64,000 nucleotides of DNA from an uncultured Thiotrichales bacterium (GTDB lineage Bacteria > Pseudomonadota > Gammaproteobacteria > UWMA-0217), in the NCBI GenBank assembly GCA_964620675.1, contig CAZUJU010000009.1, forward strand, positions 13,943-77,942, given 5' to 3'. Positions 51,413 to 58,112 of the stretch are shown here, in pieces. The position numbers and the translations under genes are program-made. The stretch's first letter is position 1; each line of letters starts with the position of its first letter. Below the pieces are notes generated by a model that saw only the letters and a list, made by a program, of their open reading frames with translations, searched no databases and was not told the origin of the DNA.

Positions 51413-52033
51413 ATGATCGAAGGCGTATCTCCGCAGCAATTACTAACGGACTCGTTTCTGTCCGGTACGACTGCCGGGCGCATGCAACCGCCTTCGCCGG
51501 CGGCGATCGAGTATTTCGACCGACAGCTCGCGGGCGCCGCGTCGCAGGACCGCAGCGTCGCTTCCGGTTCGCTTGACACGGGTTTGCAGGGCGCTGCCCG
51601 AGTTCCGCAGGGGGAGTCCGCAAACTTCGACGTCATGAATCGGCTGGCAGGTATCAATAACGAATACGAAGGCGTCGTGCAGCGACTTCAGGATTGGCCA
51701 ACGTTTCGTACCTACATGGAGCAACACGGCATTCTCGACGACAGCCCACTCGCTGAGCAGTCCGGACCTAAACATGTGTCGAATGTCGACGAAGCGACGG
51801 GGGCGGGACTTGATCGCAAGGCGACGATCGAGGATTACGTCAGGGAGGGGATCGAGCGCATGGAGCAAATGCATCAGACCACCCAGGCGTACTACGGCGC
51901 GGGTGCCGAATATACGCAAGACTCGGCGCGCTGGTTCATGAGCACGGAGTTTTGGTTGACCAAGATCAAGGTGCTGACTTCAGCGGTTTCTCAAGCAGGA
52001 ACTGCGGTTCGAACGCTATTTACGAGCCAGTAG
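51413..52033 (+). CDS. Hypothetical hydrophilic protein of 206 aa in the SctH/YopR position; possibly a secreted early substrate
   Basis: No TM segment. The C-terminal amphipathic helix (TKIKVLTSAVSQAGTAVRTLF) resembles rod/needle C-termini. Confidence 0.3.
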   Translation: MIEGVSPQQLLTDSFLSGTTAGRMQPPSPAAIEYFDRQLAGAASQDRSVASGSLDTGLQGAARVPQGESANFDVMNRLAGINNEYEGVVQRLQDWPTFRTYMEQHGILDDSPLAEQSGPKHVSNVDEATGAGLDRKATIEDYVREGIERMEQMHQTTQAYYGAGAEYTQDSARWFMSTEFWLTKIKVLTSAVSQAGTAVRTLFTSQ

Positions 52034-52248
52034 CCCAAGCTACGGAACTGCGGTGAGGAATGGTCCCGGCTTCGTTTGCGTTAAGCCGGGCGGTGACTTA
52101 AGCCACGCATAAACATATAACCTTTTACATATTGGGCTCGGGGAGTAAGTGAGGTACGATCCTAGTCGAGCACAAGTGGCAAAGCAACAGGTTGCCAAGG
52201 CCTGTTGAGTTCACGCGAATGCGCGACAGCCCCTGATTCGAGGTTGAT

Positions 52249-52485
52249 ATGAGTAACATGCTAGATCCAAATGACCTGCCGTTGCGGCAGCTGCTGAATA
52301 TCTACCAGCCGAAAGAGGATGGTGAGTCACGCAAATTGTCCAAATCCGCCCTGGCCACGCGCAAGGATGATGATGCTGGGCGAGCGCAATTGTTTCTGGA
52401 GCCCGCCGGCGCATTTGAGCGCGACGTCGATATTCATTCCGAGATCAACAGTCTTTTGATCAAGGTTGTGCAGGATATCAAATAG
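52249..52485 (+). CDS. Small protein in the SctI (inner rod) position, possibly needle/rod family
   Basis: 78 aa. The C-terminal INSLLIKVVQDIK resembles the conserved C-termini of needle/rod proteins (e.g. ...IDAAIIQNFR). Confidence 0.35.
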   Translation: MSNMLDPNDLPLRQLLNIYQPKEDGESRKLSKSALATRKDDDAGRAQLFLEPAGAFERDVDIHSEINSLLIKVVQDIK

Positions 52486-52508
52486 GGCTTTCACGTCATC
52501 CAATCGAT

Positions 52509-55500
52509 TCAATGAAAATCCCGCGAGCTCGTGACGAGCGCGCCAAGCCAGTCGGTATGATCGACAAGTTTGTCGGCGACGACGTGGATCACCATTCCTT
52601 CGCGTTCGACCTTGCCCTGCACCAGCAGCAGTCTGCCCTGTAGTACTTCGCGGCGAAAGCGCTCGCTGATCCGCGCCCAGACAATCAAGTTGGCAACCCC
52701 GTGTTCGTCCTCCAGCGTAATGAAGATTGCGCCACTGGCGCTGGCCGGATGTTGGCGGTTGGTGACCAGGCCGGCCAGACGTACCCGACTGCCGTGCGCG
52801 CGGGTGGACAGGTCGCGCGTCGAGATCCAGCCGAGGCGAAGAAAGCGCGGGCGGAGCAGTGCAAGCGGATGGCGGCGCAACGTCAGGCCAAGACTCGCGT
52901 AGTCTCCGGCAATGTCCTGTCCCTCGGTCGGGCCGGGAAGGCGCGGGGGTTCATCCCGCACGGCGCTGTTCGCCAGCAGCCCCGGCAGGATTTCGCTTCC
53001 AAGTGCCTCCCAACGGGCGCGGTGGCGGTGACCGGCAAGGCTCGCAAACGCATCCGCGGCGGCCAGTGCGTCGCGGTCGCGCTGATCCAGGCGGGCGCGG
53101 CGAATCAGTTCGCCAAGATCGCCCACCATTCCGTTGTTATCCCTGCGTATCGCCAGCAGACGTTCGGCCCCAGCACGGCTCAAGCCCTTCACTTGGTGCA
53201 TGCCGAGCCGGAGTGCCAGAGCGCCATCGGTGCCATGCTCCAGCGTCGATTCCCAGGCGCTTCGCAAGGCATCGACCGGGCGAACCTCGACCTGGTGTCG
53301 GCGCAGATCCTGCACCAGTTGCGAAGGCGAGTAGAAGCCCATTGGCTGGCTGTTGAGCAAGGCGCAGGTGAAAACCGCCGGGTGGTAATGCTTGAGCCAA
53401 GCGGAGACGTATACCAGCAACGCAAAGCTCGCGGCATGCGACTCGGGGAAGCCATATTCGCCGAATCCCTTGATCTGATTGAAAATTTGTTCTGCAAAAT
53501 GATCCGCGTAACCGCGTGCACGCATGCCCTCGACCAGGCGCTGGTGGAAGTATTCGAGGCGATAGCTGCGCCGCCACGAGCCGATGGCGCGGCGTAATTC
53601 GTCCGCCTCGCCGCCGCTGAAACCCGCCGCGACCATCGCCAGTTCGATCACCTGCTCTTGAAACAAGGGCACGCCGAGGGTGCGTTCCAGCACCCGTCGG
53701 ACTTCTGCGCTCGGGTAGGTGACTGGCTCTTCGCCCCGCCGCCGCCGCAGGTACGGATGCACCATCTCGCCCTGGATCGGCCCGGGGCGCACGATCGCGA
53801 CCTCGATGACCAGGTCGTAGTAATTCGCCGGCTTTAATCGTGGCAGCATGTTCATCTGCGCGCGCGATTCGATCTGGAACACGCCGATGGTGTCCGCACG
53901 CTGAATCATCGCGTAAACCGCCGGGTCTTCGGCCGGGACATCGGCGAGTTCGAGGTCGGGGCCTCCGTACTGGCGTAACAGCGCGAAACAGCGCTGGATC
54001 GCGGCCAGCATGCCGAGTGCGAGACAGTCCACCTTGAGCAGGCCGAGCGCGTCGAGATCGTTCTTGTCCCACTGAATGATTGTGCGCTCGGCCATTGCCG
54101 CGTTTTCCACTGGCACCAGGCGCGACAGCTGGTCGCGCGCGATGACAAATCCCCCAACGTGCTGCGAAAGGTGACGAGGAAAGCCGCGCAGCTCGCCGAC
54201 CAGGTGTAGCAGGCGCACGAGCACCGGGTTGTCCGGCGCAAATCCGGCCTCGCGCAAGCGCTCCGGCGGGATGCCCTCGTCCCACCAGGCGAGCGTTTTG
54301 GTGAGCCGATCCACTTGATCGAGCGAGAGACCGAGCGCCTTGCCGGCATCGCGCAGCGCGCTCCGGCGGCGGTAAGTGATCACAGTCGCCGCGAGCGCGG
54401 CGCGGTGGCGGCCGTATTTCTCGTAGAGGTACTGCATGACCTCCTCACGGCGCGCGTTGTCGAAGTCGACGTCGATATCGGGCGGTTCGTTGCGTTCCCT
54501 GGACACGAAGCGTTCGAACAACATCGACACCCGTTCCGGGTCGACCGCCGTGATGCCGAGGCAATAGCACACCGCCGAATTCGCCGCGGAGCCGCGCCCC
54601 TGGCAAAGAATCCCGCGGGCGCGCGCGAACGCGACGATGTCATACACCGTAAGAAAATAATGCTCGTAGCGCAGTTCGGCAATCAGCGCGAGTTCGTGCT
54701 CGATCATGCGCCGCACTTTGGCCGGCGCGCCGGTCGACCAGCGTTGACGGATGCCCGCTTCGGTCAGTTGGCGCAGATGGCTGGTCGCGGTCTGACCCGT
54801 CGGCACCAGGTCGTCCGGGTACTCGTAACGCAGTTCATCGAGACTGAAGGTGCAGCAATCGGCGATGTGTACCGATTCGGCGAGCCAGGCGGGCCGGTAA
54901 AGCTCGGCGAGCGTCGTGAGGGGACGCAGGTGGCGTTCGCCGTTTGGGTAGAGCGCGAATCCCGCCGCCGCGAGCGGGATGTTGAGGCGGATCGCGGTCA
55001 CCAGATCCTGTAGCGCGCGCCGGCCGCGTTTATGCATATGGACGTCACCGCAGGCCACCAGGGGGACGCCGGACCAGGCGCTGGCCTCGGCCAGGGCCGT
55101 GATCCGAGCCGTCTCGTCCGGCAGGTGCAGGCACTCGACCGCGAGCCAGGCCCGCTGTGGAAACCACGCGCTGAGCCAGATCAATCCCTCACGGAGCGTG
55201 AGCGGCGCCGGACTTATCCCGACGCTGCCGCCCGCGCATGCAACCGGCGTGCCCGCGCAATCGTTGGGTGCCGGTCGGACTTGTGATGACTCGGCAACAA
55301 AAGTGGGGGAGTGGTGCCCTTTCGTTCCAGACGAAAGGGGCGTCAAATCGCTATGGCGATTCTCCTCAAGCGAGCGACTCATCCGCGAGGAGCGGATTGA
55401 GCGGCGATCGCCGGCCCGCAGGGCGTTGGGCAGGAGGCCCGGAGTAAAAAATGCCCTCGCTCCCCCACTTTTTCGCCGTGCTCCCCCCAGGTCCGACAGG

Positions 55501-55955
55501 TGCTCGGGCTGCGCCGGGGCAGGGGCGGGTGCGTCTTGCGTGAGCGCGAATGCCGCACCGCTGGCGGTTGCGGTGGTTTCCGGCACCCACACCGCCAGGC
55601 AATCCGCGAGGGTGCCTTCGAGATCGGCGCGCCGCAATGCGTACTGGCCTTTCGGGCTGCGGCGGCGCCCGGTCGTGATCAATGCCGCGAGCTGGGCGTA
55701 ACCCTCCCGGTTGCGCGCGAGCAGCACCAGCTTCGGCCCGTCCTCCAGGCGAACCTCGGTGCCAATCAAGAGCTTCAACCCGACCTCTTTCGCTGCGACA
55801 TGCGCCCGGACCACGCCGGCGAAGGAACACTCATCGGTAATCGCGAGCGCCGCGTAGCCCAGTTCCGCCGCGCGCCGCACCAGCTCCTCCGGCTGCGAGG
55901 CGCCGCGCAGGAAGGTGAAATTGGTCAGACAGTGGAGTTCGGCGTAGGCAGTCAT
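52509..55955 (-). CDS. dnaE2: Error-prone DNA polymerase DnaE2 (ImuC), carrying an in-frame insertion of about 58 aa
   Basis: N-terminal PHP domain (MTAYAELHCLTNFTFLRGAS) and Pol III alpha core motifs. No imuA/imuB upstream. Confidence 0.9.
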   Translation of the reverse strand: MTAYAELHCLTNFTFLRGASQPEELVRRAAELGYAALAITDECSFAGVVRAHVAAKEVGLKLLIGTEVRLEDGPKLVLLARNREGYAQLAALITTGRRRSPKGQYALRRADLEGTLADCLAVWVPETTATASGAAFALTQDAPAPAPAQPEHLSDLGGARRKSGGARAFFTPGLLPNALRAGDRRSIRSSRMSRSLEENRHSDLTPLSSGTKGHHSPTFVAESSQVRPAPNDCAGTPVACAGGSVGISPAPLTLREGLIWLSAWFPQRAWLAVECLHLPDETARITALAEASAWSGVPLVACGDVHMHKRGRRALQDLVTAIRLNIPLAAAGFALYPNGERHLRPLTTLAELYRPAWLAESVHIADCCTFSLDELRYEYPDDLVPTGQTATSHLRQLTEAGIRQRWSTGAPAKVRRMIEHELALIAELRYEHYFLTVYDIVAFARARGILCQGRGSAANSAVCYCLGITAVDPERVSMLFERFVSRERNEPPDIDVDFDNARREEVMQYLYEKYGRHRAALAATVITYRRRSALRDAGKALGLSLDQVDRLTKTLAWWDEGIPPERLREAGFAPDNPVLVRLLHLVGELRGFPRHLSQHVGGFVIARDQLSRLVPVENAAMAERTIIQWDKNDLDALGLLKVDCLALGMLAAIQRCFALLRQYGGPDLELADVPAEDPAVYAMIQRADTIGVFQIESRAQMNMLPRLKPANYYDLVIEVAIVRPGPIQGEMVHPYLRRRRGEEPVTYPSAEVRRVLERTLGVPLFQEQVIELAMVAAGFSGGEADELRRAIGSWRRSYRLEYFHQRLVEGMRARGYADHFAEQIFNQIKGFGEYGFPESHAASFALLVYVSAWLKHYHPAVFTCALLNSQPMGFYSPSQLVQDLRRHQVEVRPVDALRSAWESTLEHGTDGALALRLGMHQVKGLSRAGAERLLAIRRDNNGMVGDLGELIRRARLDQRDRDALAAADAFASLAGHRHRARWEALGSEILPGLLANSAVRDEPPRLPGPTEGQDIAGDYASLGLTLRRHPLALLRPRFLRLGWISTRDLSTRAHGSRVRLAGLVTNRQHPASASGAIFITLEDEHGVANLIVWARISERFRREVLQGRLLLVQGKVEREGMVIHVVADKLVDHTDWLGALVTSSRDFH
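55299..55472. mobile_element. MITE-like palindromic element of 174 bp inserted in-frame in dnaE2
   Basis: Perfect 13-bp terminal inverted repeats AAAAGTGGGGGAG (55299-55311) and CTCCCCCACTTTT (55460-55472). Internal 8-bp hairpin CCCTTTCG...CGAAAGGG (55317-55339). Length is a multiple of 3, and the encoded 58-aa segment is low complexity, sitting in an extended PHP-domain linker. Confidence 0.5.
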
Positions 55956-55959
55956 GTCG

Positions 55960-56003
55960 CGGCGCGAAGAGTAGTGTTTAAATATACACTACTCTTCGCG
56001 CCG
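55960..56003. promoter_or_regulatory. Perfect 18-bp-stem palindrome 5-8 nt upstream of the dnaE2 start codon; core GTGT-N8-ACAC resembles a LexA (CTGT-N8-ACAG) SOS box
   Basis: GCGCGAAGAGTAGTGT-ttaaatat-ACACTACTCTTCGCGC at 55962-56001, with the flanking c/g pair extending the stem to 18 bp. AT-rich 8-nt spacer. Overlaps the expected ribosome-binding-site region. Confidence 0.5.
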
Positions 56004-56182
56004 ATGATCCTGAAATCCTCGGTCGGATGGGTTCGGAGTACGGGTCACCGCTGCCATGGATCCACGCCCGGGTCGTGATGGAGCACACGGCGATTCCGCG
56101 CGGGTTACGATTTTCCGGGTTGCGCGGTGCATTTCGAATTCCGTTTCGAACCCCTCACGGAGGGACTACAAAACGCGTCGCT

Positions 56183-56905
56183 TCATACTTCAAACCGCAC
56201 AATCGGCTCGGAGCGCTCATAAACCTGGGTGATGCGTTCGCCGTTCCAGACATAGACGAGGTGCGCGCCTTGGATCGGTGCGGAAACGGCCGGCGGACGC
56301 AACGCGGCGATGCATTCACCGCCGGGGTGGCGCACGCTGCGGTAATAAAGCCCCCATGAACCGGTTGCGCGCAGTGACTGGGCGTAGGCTTGCGCGAGCG
56401 GATGGTCGCCCGGGTCGGGGGCCGCGTCGTGTAATGGATCGAATTCGGGTAGGCGGATGTCGTGCAGCGGCTTTTGTACCCGGCCGATCCAGGCGCGCAG
56501 ACTGAACTCGGTCTCGCTCAGGGCCGCGTGGCGAGCGATGCGTTCGCGGTGGTGCACGGTCTCGCGAATCGCGGTTTCGAGCGTACGCCCGGCGTAGTAA
56601 ACACCGTAACTGCCATCGCTGAAGCGCGATGGCCAGCCAATGTGGGTGAATGCCGCCATGACAATGCTGGCCCCGGGTCCGCTCAGACGGTCGACCGCCG
56701 CGACCCGGTGCAGGTCTCCGGTTTCTTCGAGGAGGCGCGGATTGGTCCGCGTTTCCAGTTCCCACACGGCGCCGAGAAGGTCGGAGGGCACGTGGCGTTC
56801 GAAGAAGTCAATCGGTGGATAGCGGGTGGCAATGATGCGGTACTGCTTGCCGGGCGGCCGCAGGATTGCGGGCAGGGGCAGGGCTTCCAGGCCCGGTGAA
56901 TTCAT
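56183..56905 (-). CDS. RES-domain toxin (RES-Xre toxin-antitoxin system; NAD+-targeting family)
   Basis: RES-domain features: conserved R...E...S spacing including YRIIATRYPPIDFFER and GSWGLYYRS. Preceded by a DUF2384-type antitoxin gene with a 10-nt gap. Confidence 0.75.
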   Translation of the reverse strand: MNSPGLEALPLPAILRPPGKQYRIIATRYPPIDFFERHVPSDLLGAVWELETRTNPRLLEETGDLHRVAAVDRLSGPGASIVMAAFTHIGWPSRFSDGSYGVYYAGRTLETAIRETVHHRERIARHAALSETEFSLRAWIGRVQKPLHDIRLPEFDPLHDAAPDPGDHPLAQAYAQSLRATGSWGLYYRSVRHPGGECIAALRPPAVSAPIQGAHLVYVWNGERITQVYERSEPIVRFEV

Positions 56906-56915
56906 GCCGGCCTAT

Positions 56916-57335
56916 TCAACCGCGCGCGGCGTCGAGGTAACGGCGGACGTCGGCCAGCGCGACCAGCGAACCGCTCAAGAGATAATCCAGCGGCGCGCGG
57001 CCTTGGAATAGCGGATCGCCGTTGGGGTTTTTCAACCATTCGCGCGCGCTGCGGTCGGAAAACAAAATATGCAGCGCCTTGTAGATGCCGAGCAGGTAGC
57101 TGATGCGATCGAGTGTGTCGCGCGAGAGTTGGCCGGCAAGATGTTTCTTCCATTTGAAAAAGGTCGAACGGGCCGGATCGCCGAGCAATACGCGCTGTTG
57201 TTCGTTGTCCAGGTTCCATTCGCTGGCAATCGAGAAGAACGCGGTCAGACCCGCTGCGGCAAGTTGGGCCTCGGAGTACTGCGGCGTGGCGATCGTATAG
57301 ACGGACCTGTGATCAGCGATTTGCATGGCGGACAA
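56916..57335 (-). CDS. Xre-like/DUF2384 antitoxin of the RES-Xre pair
   Basis: 139 aa, with the C-terminal DUF2384-like motif (DPLFQGRAPLDYLLSGSLVALADVRRYLDAA) seen in MbcA/ParS-type antitoxins. Confidence 0.7.
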   Translation of the reverse strand: MSAMQIADHRSVYTIATPQYSEAQLAAAGLTAFFSIASEWNLDNEQQRVLLGDPARSTFFKWKKHLAGQLSRDTLDRISYLLGIYKALHILFSDRSAREWLKNPNGDPLFQGRAPLDYLLSGSLVALADVRRYLDAARG

Positions 57336-57389
57336 TTGTAAGTCTATAAAGAAACCATATATTCTAAATAGTCCACTTGGAGACTTATG

Positions 57390-58112
57390 TCAAGGGCCTT
57401 CGCGCACCGCCGAAACCGGATGGCGGAACAGAAGCATGCGGTAGCAGAACAGGCAGAGCATCCAGTCAAGCAACAGGGTCCACAGGTTGTGCGAAAGAAA
57501 ATGCGCCCCCTGAATCAATCGGCCGAGCGAAAACAGCGTGCCTAATCCAAGCGCCACCCCGAGCGCAATGCGCGCCTCGCGCGGATGACGATCACGCAAC
57601 ATAAAAAACACGGCCAACAGCGAAAAGGCAGCGGACGCATGACCGCCCGGCCAGCAGCGGCCGGGTCGGCTCGCGGGCGGGCGCTCATCCAGTAGGGACG
57701 AGTAGCGCTCGCTGCCGCCGAATTCCTGGAGATTCCAGGGACATTGCACGTTGGACAGCGTTTTCAGTGGCCCGACGACACCGGTGGACAGACTGAGCGC
57801 CAACACCACGTAGGCGAGGCGCCGCCGCCAGTGGCGCCAGCGCGGCATAACCAGACTGGTGACGAAAGCCGCAATGCAGAATACCCCGAACAGCACTACG
57901 ACTTTCCTGGCATAGTCATGGAGGATGTTCTCAAGCCAGAAGTCGTAGCGCCCAACGAACCCTTCGCCCGGCACGTAAAACAGCCGCGCAATCGCGAAAT
58001 CGAGCGCGGTCGGGTCGAGTACGAGCAGCAAGCCCATCGCCACGAGCGGCAGACCGAAGCCGAGTCGAAAATTGAACGCGCGCGCCGCATGCGGGCTTTC
58101 CATGCTTGTCAT
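57390..58112 (-). CDS. PAP2-family phosphatase (lipid phosphate phosphatase-like membrane protein); start at MTSMES
   Basis: PAP2 motifs (PGGHASAAF and SRxxxGAHFLSHNLWT) and several TM helices. The start overlaps the upstream gene's stop (TGATG). Confidence 0.7.
   Translation of the reverse strand: MTSMESPHAARAFNFRLGFGLPLVAMGLLLVLDPTALDFAIARLFYVPGEGFVGRYDFWLENILHDYARKVVVLFGVFCIAAFVTSLVMPRWRHWRRRLAYVVLALSLSTGVVGPLKTLSNVQCPWNLQEFGGSERYSSLLDERPPASRPGRCWPGGHASAAFSLLAVFFMLRDRHPREARIALGVALGLGTLFSLGRLIQGAHFLSHNLWTLLLDWMLCLFCYRMLLFRHPVSAVREGP

Noticed and set aside
52440-52530. Short hairpin gctcg-tga-cgagc near the convergent junction of the SctI-position gene and dnaE2
   Set aside because: Lies inside the dnaE2 coding 3' end, has only a 5-bp stem and no T-tract; not a convincing terminator.
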